NCBI GenBank assembly: GCA_929200535.1
Contig: CAKMZV010000004.1
Span: forward strand, 40,654-104,653
DNA from: an uncultured Gammaproteobacteria bacterium
GTDB taxonomy: Bacteria > Pseudomonadota > Gammaproteobacteria > CAKMZV01
DNA: 64,000 bases
Direction of reading: 5' to 3'
Of the stretch, positions 10,913 through 21,659 are shown one piece after another (the first letter of the stretch is position 1; each line of letters opens with the position of its first letter). Under the pieces are notes generated by a model. The model was not told where the DNA came from. It saw only the letters and a program-made list of their open reading frames with translations, and made no database searches. Both the position numbers and the translations under genes were made by a program.

Positions 10913-11761
10913 ATGAAAAAATTAGAAAGCATTAAAGAATTTGATGGATATTTAGAGCGTTATAGCCATTATTCGGAGTGTTGTCAATGTGAAATGGTTT
11001 TTTCAATATATTTGCCTAAACAGGCTGTACAAGAAAAAGTACCAGCACTTTATTGGTTATCTGGATTAACCTGTAGTGATGATAATTTCAGAGTTAAAGC
11101 AGGTGCACAACGCTACGCTTCTGAACAAGGGATTGCCTTAATTATTCCGGATACCAGCCCACGTGGTGAAGGTGTTATGGATTTCCCAGAACGTTATGAT
11201 TTGGGAATAGCTGCTGGCTTTTATGTGAATGCAACGGAATCACCTTGGGATAAAAATTACCAAATGTATAGCTATATCGTGGAAGAGTTGCCTGCTTTGA
11301 TTGAGGAGCATTTTCCCGTAGTTGCTGGAGTAAAATCAATTAGTGGACATTCTATGGGTGGGCATGGTGCATTAATTTGTGCTTTGAAAAATCCATCAGC
11401 CTATTGTTCAGTATCTGCATTTTCTCCCATTTGCCATCCGACACAGGTGCCTTGGGGAAAAGATGCTTTAGGAGCATATCTTGGTAATGATATGGAAAAA
11501 TGGCAACAGTATGATGCAGTGAATTTAGTTCAGAATGGTCATAAAGTCGAAACTATTCTTGTGGATCAAGGGACAGCCGATGAGTTTTTAAGCGACCAGC
11601 TTAAGCCTGAGGCGTTAATTGAGGCTTGCGAGCAACAGAAAATAAATCTTAATTTTCGTATGCAAGAAGGGTATGACCATAGTTATCATTTTATTAGTAG
11701 TTTTATTGGTGAGCATATTGCATATCATTCAAATTTTCTTAAGAAAGAAATGGGTGATTAA
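10913..11761 (+). CDS. frmB: S-formylglutathione hydrolase (esterase D family)
   Basis: GHSMGGHGAL serine-hydrolase motif, about 280 aa, directly downstream of frmA. Confidence 0.8.
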   Translation: MKKLESIKEFDGYLERYSHYSECCQCEMVFSIYLPKQAVQEKVPALYWLSGLTCSDDNFRVKAGAQRYASEQGIALIIPDTSPRGEGVMDFPERYDLGIAAGFYVNATESPWDKNYQMYSYIVEELPALIEEHFPVVAGVKSISGHSMGGHGALICALKNPSAYCSVSAFSPICHPTQVPWGKDALGAYLGNDMEKWQQYDAVNLVQNGHKVETILVDQGTADEFLSDQLKPEALIEACEQQKINLNFRMQEGYDHSYHFISSFIGEHIAYHSNFLKKEMGD

Positions 11762-11831
11762 TTTTTGTAGGCTACCTCTATTCACTACATACAGTTGATA
11801 GAGGTAATCTCCAACTTTTAAGGAGTGTTTT

Positions 11832-13298
11832 ATGAGTATTATTAACGAAGTTTTTAAAATTGGAATTGGACCATCAAGTTCACATACGGTTGGTCCTATG
11901 AGGGCGGCTCGTTGCTATTTAAGGAGTTGTTTTAATGAAGTGGACGTCTCCTCAATTACTCGTGTGACGGTTGAATTGTATGGCTCTTTGGCACTAACTG
12001 GCTTGGGACATGCTACGGATAAAGCCGTACTCTTAGGCTTGTTAGGTGAAGGTCCAGCTACAGTAGAAATTAATAAAATTGAGCAGTATTTGAGTGATAT
12101 AAAGAAGAATAAAGAAATCACTCTTTTGGGTAAACATAAGATAGCCTTTAATATTAACAATGATTTAATTTATTATTTTAGAGAAGCATTGCCTGAGCAT
12201 GCCAATGGAATGGTACTTTCTGTATATGATTCACAAGGTGAAAAGCTCCATAGTGATACGTATTTTTCAGTTGGTGGTGGAATTATTCGAACCAAACAAG
12301 AATATCTTGAAGAGCAGGAAAAGCAAGTTTCTTCTGAACCTGTAAATAGCAATCAATCAGAAAATAAAATCATTTTTAGTGATGCAAAAACATTATTAGC
12401 TTTATGTTCAGAATATGATTGCTCAATTTCACAGTTAATGTGGGAAATGGCGATTCAATTAAAACAAGTAGATGAGGCTAAAACCTATTTATCAGATGTG
12501 TGGGACACAATGCAAATTTGTGTTGAAAATGGTATTCAATCTTCAGAGTCTATTTTACCAGGTGGGTTAAATGTTCAGCGTAGAGCACCTGCGTTATATG
12601 CTCAATTGAAAGAAAAATTGGTGAATATGCCGAATGATCCTGCTTCAATTTTTGATTGGGTAAGTTTGTTTGCAATTGCTGTTAATGAGGAGAATGCGGC
12701 AGGGCATCGAGTGGTGACTGCCCCTACCAATGGCTCAGCAGGTGTGATTCCTGCGGTAATGCATTATTTGAAAAAATTTCATAGGCAAGAATTTACACAG
12801 CAAAAAGCCTTAGATTTTTTAATGACTGCAACCGCAATTGGCTCGTTATACCAAAAAGGTGCCTCAATTTCTGCCGCGGAAATGGGTTGTCAGGGTGAGA
12901 TAGGAGTATCGTGTTCAATGGCATCAGCTGCATTGTGTGAGTTTATGGGTGGTTCGCCACAACAAGTGGCAAATGCTGCTGAAATCGGAATGGAACATCA
13001 TCTTGGGATGACCTGTGATCCCATTAATGGGTTGGTACAAATTCCATGCATTGAGCGTAATACAATGGGTGCAATTAAGGCAATTAATTCAGCTAGATTG
13101 TCTTTAACTCGTGATGAGCAGAAAATCACCTTGGATCAGGTAATTAAAACAATGTTTGAAACAGGCAAAGATATGTCTGAAAAATACAAAGAAACTGCTT
13201 TAGGAGGGTTGGCTATTCATTCACAATGTGGTTCGTATGAAGAATCAACACAAAAAACTGAGGCTTACGATATTACCCAAAATCAAGTCGCTTGTTGA
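11832..13298 (+). CDS. sdaA: L-serine dehydratase (iron-sulfur dependent, single chain)
   Basis: N-terminal [13 protein letters not shown] motif. About 490 aa. Confidence 0.8.
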   Translation: MSIINEVFKIGIGPSSSHTVGPMRAARCYLRSCFNEVDVSSITRVTVELYGSLALTGLGHATDKAVLLGLLGEGPATVEINKIEQYLSDIKKNKEITLLGKHKIAFNINNDLIYYFREALPEHANGMVLSVYDSQGEKLHSDTYFSVGGGIIRTKQEYLEEQEKQVSSEPVNSNQSENKIIFSDAKTLLALCSEYDCSISQLMWEMAIQLKQVDEAKTYLSDVWDTMQICVENGIQSSESILPGGLNVQRRAPALYAQLKEKLVNMPNDPASIFDWVSLFAIAVNEENAAGHRVVTAPTNGSAGVIPAVMHYLKKFHRQEFTQQKALDFLMTATAIGSLYQKGASISAAEMGCQGEIGVSCSMASAALCEFMGGSPQQVANAAEIGMEHHLGMTCDPINGLVQIPCIERNTMGAIKAINSARLSLTRDEQKITLDQVIKTMFETGKDMSEKYKETALGGLAIHSQCGSYEESTQKTEAYDITQNQVAC

Positions 13299-13312
13299 GC
13301 TTACATATTGTA

Positions 13313-13364
13313 TTTCACGTCTCAATCAGAACGTTTTTTTCTTTTGTCTTTATACAAAGGTCTC
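13313..13364. repeat. partial MITE copy B (right-arm fragment ending ...CAAAGGTCTC)
   Basis: TTTCACGTCTCAATCAGAACGTTTTTTTC...TACAAAGGTCTC matches the right arm of the full copies. Confidence 0.55.
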
Positions 13365-13409
13365 GGAGTAATCAGTAATGCTCACTCAAAAAAAGGTTCT
13401 TGAGGTGTT

Positions 13410-15170
13410 ATGCTTCCCAACATAAAAATTTTTTCTTGGGCTTTACTCTCCTTATTATTATGTTTTTCTACTTATACTCTTGCTGAAAATTTAGAAAGCA
13501 AAGCCTCTAAATTTAGTGATTATTTTGCTTTATCAAAAAAAATAGAGTTATCAAAAAACCCTTATTGGCATTTGTTGTTGCGTTTATATTCAGGCAATCG
13601 CAGTGAAATTCAGGATGCTAATTTTTTCTTATCTGTTGATAATACTAAGAATGATTTTGTTGTTAACCCTGAAAAAGAATTAACCGCTTTTTTAAAAGCC
13701 TTGTTGAACTCGCCTTCGAATGAGGCTCATCCATTATGTAAGTTTCCTTTGCGTAGTCGCTGGATAATTAACTCCCTTGCTATTCCCTCAGATTATTTTT
13801 CTTCTGTTCAATGTGAACAATTAGAACGTTTTATGCAATCATTTAGGCACGATAAATTTTCTGTATTATTTATGGATGAACGTATCAATACTGTTATGAA
13901 TATGATGGGTCATATTGGGATTAAGCTTTATTCGACAGATTCTTCTATGCAGGATAGGGTAATAAGCTACATTACGATATTGCATTCATTTAATCCGGCA
14001 AAGATGCTTTACGATGCCTTAATTGATGGTGGAGAAGGGCAGCTTAATTTATATAATTTTTCTTATATTCGTTCTTTTTATTTACAACAAGAGAATCGCA
14101 GTATGTGGCAATATGATGCTCGTATAACCGCTTCACAAGGTGAAAAAATGCTCTGGCAATTATGGGAATTAAAAGGGCGTAAGGGACGATATACCTACCT
14201 TGCTTATAATTGTGTTAATCCCTTGATAGATTTGATGAGGGTGGCAGATGATTCCTTAAATCAAACGTTTTTAAAAAAACATAAGAATAGGGTGAAATAT
14301 TGGTACAGCCCATTGGAATATATTCAATTTTTGGCAACTGAAGGTTATTTGAAAAATGCAAATCAACCTAAAGTATATTTATCAGAAGAGGGTGAAAAAA
14401 TTGTAAATGTAACGGGTAAAAAGGTTGCTGAAAAAAAAATCAGACACATTTTGGATAAAAAAGCTACTTCTCGGTTTGCGATGGGTTTGGGTTATGAACA
14501 GGCAAAAAAAGAACAGCCATCTCATACCCTACTAACTGCTTCTTTTGATTTACACGGAAGTTTCTTGGGAGATAATCATTTAACCGAATTCACTGAATAT
14601 GAATTAAGAATATTAAGTTTTGATGCTTCTTTAAACACACAAGATAATTCAATTTCTTTTGATGAGGTTAATTTATATGCAGTGAAGTATTTGCCACAAA
14701 TCTCCTTGAATGTAGCTTCACTCTCTTGGCAAGCAAAACTTGGGGGAAATCAATTTTATAAAGGTGATAAAGGCAATAAAGCAAATAGTTTATTTGCTCC
14801 TAATGGCTTACTTGGTGTGGGATTATCTCATTATTTTCAGGGGAAGATATTGATATGGGGATTACTAAATGCACGATATATACATCCAAATAATAGTGAT
14901 AATGCCTTGCTGTGGAATAATGAGTTAGGAGTTAGTTTGCCTCACAATGTAGCAAGAGAAGAGTTTAAAAGCACATTTTATTATTGGAATTACTTGAACG
15001 ATGTTTCGTGGATATTGCCTCGCTTTCGTTGGGTGCTTAATTGGAAAATTAATACAGCTTATGAGTTAAATTTAACCACTTCTATGATGATGAATAATCG
15101 GCAAAAAAAATCAGAGGATGCTGATTTTTCTAACTTGCGGAGTGTGTTATCTTTGGCTTATTATTTTTAA
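13410..15170 (+). CDS. hypothetical secreted / outer-membrane protein (586 aa)
   Basis: Signal peptide (TLAENL). C-terminus ends in an aromatic/Phe strand (SLAYYF), typical of outer-membrane beta-barrel proteins. Confidence 0.4.
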   Translation: MLPNIKIFSWALLSLLLCFSTYTLAENLESKASKFSDYFALSKKIELSKNPYWHLLLRLYSGNRSEIQDANFFLSVDNTKNDFVVNPEKELTAFLKALLNSPSNEAHPLCKFPLRSRWIINSLAIPSDYFSSVQCEQLERFMQSFRHDKFSVLFMDERINTVMNMMGHIGIKLYSTDSSMQDRVISYITILHSFNPAKMLYDALIDGGEGQLNLYNFSYIRSFYLQQENRSMWQYDARITASQGEKMLWQLWELKGRKGRYTYLAYNCVNPLIDLMRVADDSLNQTFLKKHKNRVKYWYSPLEYIQFLATEGYLKNANQPKVYLSEEGEKIVNVTGKKVAEKKIRHILDKKATSRFAMGLGYEQAKKEQPSHTLLTASFDLHGSFLGDNHLTEFTEYELRILSFDASLNTQDNSISFDEVNLYAVKYLPQISLNVASLSWQAKLGGNQFYKGDKGNKANSLFAPNGLLGVGLSHYFQGKILIWGLLNARYIHPNNSDNALLWNNELGVSLPHNVAREEFKSTFYYWNYLNDVSWILPRFRWVLNWKINTAYELNLTTSMMMNNRQKKSEDADFSNLRSVLSLAYYF

Positions 15171-15183
15171 ATTCTTTTTTAAT

Positions 15184-15412
15184 GAGACCTTTGCACAAAA
15201 GATATGACAAGTAAAAAAAGTAAAAAATTGCCCTGATTCTCGTTGTGAAACTTGCGAAGACGGACGTATTAGCTGCGTTTCACGCCTCAATCAGAACAAT
15301 TTTTTATCTTTTTTCTTTTACCTGCAAGCAGTTCAAACACTGTTACTCTAAAGCTCGCAAGCTTGCCAAGAGTAAAAACGTTTTTTGTGCCATACTTTTA
15401 TGCAAAGGTCTC
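15184..15412. mobile_element. MITE-like repeat, copy C (left arm + hairpin module 1 + hairpin module 2 + right arm)
   Basis: Begins GAGACCTTTGCACAAAAGATATGACAAGTAAAAAAAG and ends CATACTTTTATGCAAAGGTCTC. Holds both the GTGAAAC/GTTTCAC module and the GTTACTCT/AGAGTAAC module. Confidence 0.8.
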
Positions 15413-17006
15413 AATCTATGACATTGGCTCGTAAAAACAAGATGAGTTCGGTGTTCTTCTTTTCAGTTGAACTAAATCCAACGAAACCACCACTGCCAGG
15501 GCTGTGTTGTGATTGTTTATCATCCTTATTTTGAATAAGTCCACCAATAACAGCAACTTCATTGGGTTGAATATGTAATACAGATTCCAACTCTCTTTCT
15601 CTAAGCACTGGGATTGGACTTACGATGTCGTTTTTTGCCAACTCTGGGTGCGGATCATTAACAAAATTGAAAATCCTGGAGATTGTCGGCTTGAGGTTAA
15701 TAATAAGTGAATTGTCTGGTAGGATATTGGCTGTTAAGGTAATCACTAAACCAACAGAAATAGATTTGGCTTGTGTCTCAAATGAGACACTACTGCCAGA
15801 GGTGTTTTGTAGTGTTTTTGCTTTGATTGTAAAATAAACCACATTATCAACGACCTTTAATAAAGCAGTTTGATTATTGATAAGTTTGATTTGTGGCGAG
15901 GAAAGTACCTTGGTATCACCAAATTTTTCAATTAACCTTGCACCAAAATTTAGGCTGATGCCATCTAAAACAGCGGTAATATTGGTAATAACTCTGGGGG
16001 CAGCACCAAGATTCGCCCCAATGGCTTGTTGTGATATGCTGTTATTATCCTCAAAAATACTCCAATCAATGCCCGCCTGATATTGATCATTTAATTCAAC
16101 TTCCATAATTGCCATTTCAATATGTGTTTGGCGTCGTGCTTGTTGGTTTATTTTTGTTAATATGCTTTTGACTTGTTTATGAAGAGCCTGTTTTCCATAG
16201 ACTGAAATAATCCCAGTTTCTGGATGAACCAGAATTTGCACTTCATTGTTAGTTTGTTGTGCTTGGGTGTTGTTAAGTTTTGTCGAGGACAAGGAAAGAA
16301 TGTTGTTTGTGGCTGGGATTTTTTGATAGACAGTGCTTAAGGTAGATAACATTTTTTCCAAGCGACCCCAAAAAATGTTTTTAGATTCATTGGTGATTTC
16401 AACACTTGCTCCGGTATTTTGATTATTTTGTGTTGAGCCAATATTTTGACTAAAGCGTGTTTTGCTTAAGCTACTTCGTTTTATATTGGGGTAATTGACG
16501 GCATATTCTTTCCAATAAGCTTTGTCGTAGGTAACAACAAGAGAACGTTTATTAAGGGTAAATCGAGTGTTGGTAAGTTGAGCAAGATCTTGTAAAACAT
16601 CAGACAACGGCGTTTTTAAAGCTCGATAATGTTTTACCATAATCGTTTTTGAGGTGTTGTTTCGATAGCCAAAATTATAGCTTTTACTTAACCCATCAAG
16701 AGCTTTGTTGAGACTAATTTTTTCAAAATTAAGGCTAATAATGCGTTGCCAAAATGGGTCTTTTTTATGTGATTTTGCTTTTTTAAGTGAAGAGTTCTGC
16801 TTTCTGATTGGGGTGGCTTTTAGATAGGATTGTGTGATTGATTTTGAGGCAGTTGAATTTTTTTCTGTCCATTTTGGAGCTTGCCATTCTTTAATATTAG
16901 GGCGTTCAACTGGCACACACGCAAATAATGTGAAGCAAATAAGACTTGCTTTAACCTTAAATAAGGTTGTTTTTAAAGTTCTATAGATTGAGTAAGGAGC
17001 AAGCAA
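15411..17006 (-). CDS. secretin-family lipoprotein (MshL/PilQ-like type II/IV pilus secretin)
   Basis: N-terminal lipobox (LFACV). C-terminal secretin-like motif (PVLRERELESVLHIQPNEVAVIGGLIQN...). Confidence 0.65.
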   Translation of the reverse strand: MLAPYSIYRTLKTTLFKVKASLICFTLFACVPVERPNIKEWQAPKWTEKNSTASKSITQSYLKATPIRKQNSSLKKAKSHKKDPFWQRIISLNFEKISLNKALDGLSKSYNFGYRNNTSKTIMVKHYRALKTPLSDVLQDLAQLTNTRFTLNKRSLVVTYDKAYWKEYAVNYPNIKRSSLSKTRFSQNIGSTQNNQNTGASVEITNESKNIFWGRLEKMLSTLSTVYQKIPATNNILSLSSTKLNNTQAQQTNNEVQILVHPETGIISVYGKQALHKQVKSILTKINQQARRQTHIEMAIMEVELNDQYQAGIDWSIFEDNNSISQQAIGANLGAAPRVITNITAVLDGISLNFGARLIEKFGDTKVLSSPQIKLINNQTALLKVVDNVVYFTIKAKTLQNTSGSSVSFETQAKSISVGLVITLTANILPDNSLIINLKPTISRIFNFVNDPHPELAKNDIVSPIPVLRERELESVLHIQPNEVAVIGGLIQNKDDKQSQHSPGSGGFVGFSSTEKKNTELILFLRANVID

Positions 17007-17016
17007 GACATTGTAA

Positions 17017-17511
17017 CTACGTTCTTAAAGAAAGAGGGGTATCGCTTATGATTATCCCATCTTCATCAGCGTAGAGATAGTCGCCTTCTTTTATTGTGGC
17101 ATTAGCAAAGTTAAGATTGATGCCACTTTGCCCTTCATTACGCTTGACACTTTTGATAGGGATATTATTGATTGCTTTAATTCCTATGGGTAGGGTGGTT
17201 AGTATTTTAACATCACGAACACAGCCATAAATCACAATTCCATTCCATTGATTGTCCACCGCAAGCTGTGCGATATTATCCCCCAGTAAAGCACAACGCA
17301 AAGACCCACCACCATCCACTACCAAAACTTTACCTTTTCCAGAGAGGCTTAAGGTTTGTCGTACTAAGGTATTATCTTCAAACAGCTTAAGAGTAATAAT
17401 TTCTCCACAAAACTGTTTTATGGCTCCATACTCTTTAAATATAGGGGAGAGAACTTGTATATTAGCTCCATAGGCATCATATAAATCAGCTGTTGAGACA
17501 TTGGCTGGCAT
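17017..17511 (-). CDS. rraA: ribonuclease E activity regulator RraA (MenG/RraA family)
   Basis: 164 aa with RraA-like core (KVLVVDGGGSLRCALLGDNIAQLA...GIVIYGCVRD). Confidence 0.8.
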   Translation of the reverse strand: MPANVSTADLYDAYGANIQVLSPIFKEYGAIKQFCGEIITLKLFEDNTLVRQTLSLSGKGKVLVVDGGGSLRCALLGDNIAQLAVDNQWNGIVIYGCVRDVKILTTLPIGIKAINNIPIKSVKRNEGQSGINLNFANATIKEGDYLYADEDGIIISDTPLSLRT

Positions 17512-17530
17512 TGGCTTACTCTCTATATTA

Positions 17531-18130
17531 TCAATTATCAGCCTTTATGCCTTCTTCGGTAAAAATAACACCTTCAGCATCTCTAAGGAGGTTTTGTGTT
17601 TTCTTTTTAAGCCTTTCTTGTTCTTCATGAGCTCGTTGTTTTTCAAGGTTCAAATCACTTATAGGATTAAGTTCTTCAAAGTAGCGAGCAATAGAATTAA
17701 TCTGTTCGTCATTTAAGAATAAGGTTTGGCGACTCATCAGCAATGCCCTGCCAGTGAGTAAAATACTGTAAGATTCTGCATCACGATAATAGATTAGACG
17801 ATCAACGATTTGTTGTCCGGTTAAGCCTAAAATTCGAGGTGCCTCTACACGACTTAGATAGCTTACGCCAATAGGACCATGGCAAGTTTGGCAGTTATTT
17901 TTGTAGATTCTACTTCCATAGGAAACTTCGCCCTTTATAGAACTATATTGAAAACTAGGGACTTTTTTTACTTCTTCGCTCAAATCAGAATAAACTGTTT
18001 TTTTAGCAAGGGTATTTGTTACAAAAAAAAGCCCCAATAATCCGATTACTGTTGCTACTGATTTTATGGGGCTAGGGTTTTGGTGAAGATTGTTTATTCG
18101 ATTATTCATAATCCCGAGTGTGTGATTCAA
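17531..18130 (-). CDS. membrane-anchored c-type cytochrome
   Basis: Single N-terminal TM/signal segment and a CQTCHG heme-binding motif. Confidence 0.6.
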   Translation of the reverse strand: MNHTLGIMNNRINNLHQNPSPIKSVATVIGLLGLFFVTNTLAKKTVYSDLSEEVKKVPSFQYSSIKGEVSYGSRIYKNNCQTCHGPIGVSYLSRVEAPRILGLTGQQIVDRLIYYRDAESYSILLTGRALLMSRQTLFLNDEQINSIARYFEELNPISDLNLEKQRAHEEQERLKKKTQNLLRDAEGVIFTEEGIKADN

Positions 18131-18340
18131 AATGATTGAGATAATAGAAATGTTTTTATCCAGTGAAATAACCGTTTTGCTTTCATTATTAAAAAACCAA
18201 TCTAATTTTACTTACTTGTTTATATCAAAATTTTAGGTACAAAGCTATCACAATATAATTGTAACACCGCACCTTAAATTTTATCATTTTTCGGTCATTT
18301 TTTTATATCTATAGGTTTGAACACGTAATATAGTGACAAT

Positions 18341-19897
18341 ATGCAAAAAATTTTAAATTCAAATAAATATCTAAACTACTCACTTATACTACTGCTTATT
18401 AGCGTGGGGTTGCGCTTTGGGGTGGCGTATGATTTGCCACTAACGGCGGATGAGGCACATTATGCACTCTATGCACTTCATCTTGATTGGAGTTATTTTG
18501 ATCATCCTCCTATGGTGGGCTGGTTGCAATCCATCGTACTTTCTATAGGTATAGGGTCTTCTGAATTTGTTTTAAGGATTGTACCGAATGTTTTACACTT
18601 TTTAATAGGTGTGGCACTATATTTTCTGTCCTTACGTATATACCCTAAACATCCTTTAGTGGGATTTTTTGCGGTTATTCTATTTGCGTTTTCCTTAATG
18701 TTCCAGTTAATGGGTATCGTTATGCTACCAGATACTCCCTTATTACTTTTTACCATCTTAAGTATTTTTTCTTTTGAGAGGGCGTGTAATACAAACCAAT
18801 GGCATTCTTGGTTGTTATATGGCATCTTTTTAGGGTTAATGGGGCTTTCAAAATATACTGCCATTCTTATTGCCTTAGGTTATTTTCTTTGGATTTTATT
18901 TAATCAGCCCAAGCTTTTTTTAAATATTAAGTTATGGTTTTCGGCAATTCTTGCAGTAATTATTATTAGTCCAGTGATTTTTTGGAATATTGAAAATGAA
19001 TGGGCTTCTTTTCTATATCAAATCGAGCATAGTAATGTGGAGGGTAGTCAATGGTCTTGGCTATCATTCTTTCGAGCGCAAATGATAAATGTATTGTCAT
19101 ACGGTTTCTTCTTGTTTGTTGGTCTATGGCTTTTTATTGTCATTACAATTAAGAAGTTTATAAAAGTAGTGTGTACGAAATATAAAATAAAAAAAGAGCT
19201 AAATAATAGCACTCATAAAAACCTGACACCGTGTGATGTACAAAATCTTATTAAGTTTGTTGTTTTAATTTATTTTTTTGTTTTTGTGTACTCCAGTGCC
19301 CAAGGTGGGCATTATTTGCCCCATTGGGTCTCTCTTCCTTTTATCTTATTAATGCCTTGGCTTGCAGGAAAAATTATTGGTGGGCAATGGCAATATAAGT
19401 TTGAGGGAAGTAAAAAGAGCGTATTGGCAATTGGAAGCATTATTATTTTACTCATACCCTTTGTGCTTGCGGCAACCTTATTAGCGGGGAAATTAGGAAC
19501 TCAAGCAACTTATGAAGCATGGAGGGGAGTTATTGGCTGGCAAGAAAGCACACTTCGTGCTAAACAAATTATTGAGGAAGATAGTTCGCTACCGCCAAAT
19601 ACACCAATCTATGTTGCCAATTGGTCAGAAGCCAGTCGGGTTGCTTGGTATGCACATCCAACTCCGGTACTTCCTATTGATAACCGAACTGATCAATTTG
19701 ATTTTTGGTTTAACTCAGCTAATTTAGAATCCCAAGGGGTAAATTTCATTCAAAGAGGCATTCTCTTAGCACCACTAAATCATGATGAACTAAAACAAGC
19801 AATGAACACATTTAAGAAATGTAATTTATTACAAAAAATAAATTATTCTAAATTCTCTCAAAACTTCTCTTTTGGATTATGGGATTGTTTGCCGTAA
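18341..19897 (+). CDS. ArnT/PMT-like glycosyltransferase (GT39/GT83 family), probable lipid A or glycan modifier
   Basis: About 11 TM segments. N-terminal loop motif (DEAHYALYALHLDWSYFDHPPMVGWLQ), typical of this family. Confidence 0.65.
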   Translation: MQKILNSNKYLNYSLILLLISVGLRFGVAYDLPLTADEAHYALYALHLDWSYFDHPPMVGWLQSIVLSIGIGSSEFVLRIVPNVLHFLIGVALYFLSLRIYPKHPLVGFFAVILFAFSLMFQLMGIVMLPDTPLLLFTILSIFSFERACNTNQWHSWLLYGIFLGLMGLSKYTAILIALGYFLWILFNQPKLFLNIKLWFSAILAVIIISPVIFWNIENEWASFLYQIEHSNVEGSQWSWLSFFRAQMINVLSYGFFLFVGLWLFIVITIKKFIKVVCTKYKIKKELNNSTHKNLTPCDVQNLIKFVVLIYFFVFVYSSAQGGHYLPHWVSLPFILLMPWLAGKIIGGQWQYKFEGSKKSVLAIGSIIILLIPFVLAATLLAGKLGTQATYEAWRGVIGWQESTLRAKQIIEEDSSLPPNTPIYVANWSEASRVAWYAHPTPVLPIDNRTDQFDFWFNSANLESQGVNFIQRGILLAPLNHDELKQAMNTFKKCNLLQKINYSKFSQNFSFGLWDCLP

Positions 19898-20165
19898 ATT
19901 CACACTATTGCTATTCAAATAAAAGCACAGTGTATTTTTTCACTATTTGCACTGACTGTGTGTCTTGTAAAAATGGTCTAACAAATGACCTAAAATACAT
20001 ATTTTTTTAATTATTTGTTGAAAAACATTTTGTTTTGGGTTTATAATAGTTTCTGTAGTATGTACTATGGTAAACAAATAAGCGACTATTAGGTCGCCTT
20101 GTTATATAAGTTTTTCATAAACATTTTTTTAAAAACTATTTTTAAATTTAATTTAAACAGGAGTT

Positions 20166-21341
20166 ATGATGAAATTAGACATAAAAAAAACAGGCCTAAT
20201 AATTGTCGCATCAAGCGCGTTTATGGTCGCAAATGCCCAAGCAGCTGAAGATGGGTTTAGTGTATATGGTAATGTTGGAATAGAGCTCCACCAAATCAGT
20301 AGTAAAGCTAAAAAAGACGCCAAATCGGTCGGTGGGTTAACTACTGTAGATGGTGGTAACCGTTTTGGGTTTAAAGGTTCTAGATCATATGATGGTGGTG
20401 CAGTTGCCAGCGTTAGTGGAAATCTTGAGGTCGGAGTAGCTTTGAATGGCAATGATGTTGGTACAGACGAAGGTAAATCAACCTCGTTTGTTGGTCGTCA
20501 AGCTAATGTGCAGGTTGCTCTAAGAAATGGCGGAACATTAGGTCTTGGTCAGCAAAACAACCTTCGCGTTGGATCTGGCTGGATGGCAAATAGCTGGTGG
20601 GATTATGCTGCAGCACTTCCAAGAGCTGTTAATACTGCTCGTTACACAGGTATTAAATATGTTCACGGCTTTGGAATTGGTTCTGTTGGTATTATGCTTG
20701 GTATGGATGGTATTGATAATGGTGCTGACGAAACTTTACCAAAAGTTACAACATCGGAAACGTCATTTCAGGACGAAGCCGCTACTAGCACCCCTACTTA
20801 TGATAAAAAGGCAGGAGTACCAGCTAAAGCTAATAACGCTATTGATAAATTAACTGTGTTGCTAAGTCTTAACCCAACTAAAGCATTAGGCATTCAAGTT
20901 GGCTATGACAGTGCAAAAGGTGATAACACAGAAGATCCAATGGAAGAGACTGATACGGCTCTTGCGGTTTCTTATGGTGCCGGTCCAGTTAAGGCTCACT
21001 TGGGTTATGCAATGTATTCAAAATCACAAGGTAAACTTGCGGAAGACAAAACTTCTATTAGTTTGAATGCTACTTTTAATGCTGGTTCTGTGTCTCCTTT
21101 TGTTGGCTATAGACAATCAGAGCATTCTAATAAAGATGCGAAAGGTGAAAAAGAAGATGACTTAAAAGTTGAGACTGGTATTAGTGTTGGTGTTAATCTA
21201 AGTAAAATCCTTGGTGGTTCAGGTTTCGTAGGATATGATGCTTGGGCTAACAAAGGTGGAACAGAAGGAAATGATGAAACAGCGATTAAGTTTGGTCTTT
21301 TCTATACCTTTGCTACAGCTAACATCGGTATGAGAAACTAA
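20166..21341 (+). CDS. outer-membrane porin
   Basis: Signal peptide (ANAQAAEDG). Gly/Ser/Asn-rich alternating sequence. Strong Rho-independent terminator immediately downstream. Confidence 0.6.
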   Translation: MMKLDIKKTGLIIVASSAFMVANAQAAEDGFSVYGNVGIELHQISSKAKKDAKSVGGLTTVDGGNRFGFKGSRSYDGGAVASVSGNLEVGVALNGNDVGTDEGKSTSFVGRQANVQVALRNGGTLGLGQQNNLRVGSGWMANSWWDYAAALPRAVNTARYTGIKYVHGFGIGSVGIMLGMDGIDNGADETLPKVTTSETSFQDEAATSTPTYDKKAGVPAKANNAIDKLTVLLSLNPTKALGIQVGYDSAKGDNTEDPMEETDTALAVSYGAGPVKAHLGYAMYSKSQGKLAEDKTSISLNATFNAGSVSPFVGYRQSEHSNKDAKGEKEDDLKVETGISVGVNLSKILGGSGFVGYDAWANKGGTEGNDETAIKFGLFYTFATANIGMRN

Positions 21342-21364
21342 AAAAATCCATAGTACTTGAAAAA

Positions 21365-21390
21365 GGGAGACTTCGGTCTCCCTTTTTTTT
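21365..21390 (+). terminator. Rho-independent terminator of porin gene
   Basis: GGGAGAC-TTCG-GTCTCCC perfect 7-bp GC-rich stem followed by TTTTTTTT. Confidence 0.85.
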
Positions 21391-21659
21391 GCAAACAAAT
21401 GCTAAGGTTGCAAGCAGAGATATTTTGTTTCAATCTCTCTACGAGTCATATTTAATATAGGTAGTCTATAGTAATAACACTCTACCAAATTTAACTTAAG
21501 AATTATTATATGTTGTTACCCTAAGCCCTCGTCCTTGTCATGCAGTATTCTCCTTCTTTGTCATCCTGAATTTATTTCAGGCTCTAACCAATCTTCAGTT
21601 ACCCTATGTGTTAAACGTAGAAAATTTAGTTGGAACCGTGTATGTTATAATTATTCTTT

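Noticed and set aside
18502-18864. 120-aa minus-strand ORF inside the ArnT-like gene
   Set aside because: Antisense to a multi-TM glycosyltransferase with clear family motifs. No independent support.
19898-20165. Possible tRNA or ncRNA in AT-rich spacer upstream of porin
   Set aside because: No cloverleaf-compatible stems and no GTTC-type T-loop motif seen. The region reads as an AT-rich promoter or UP-element.
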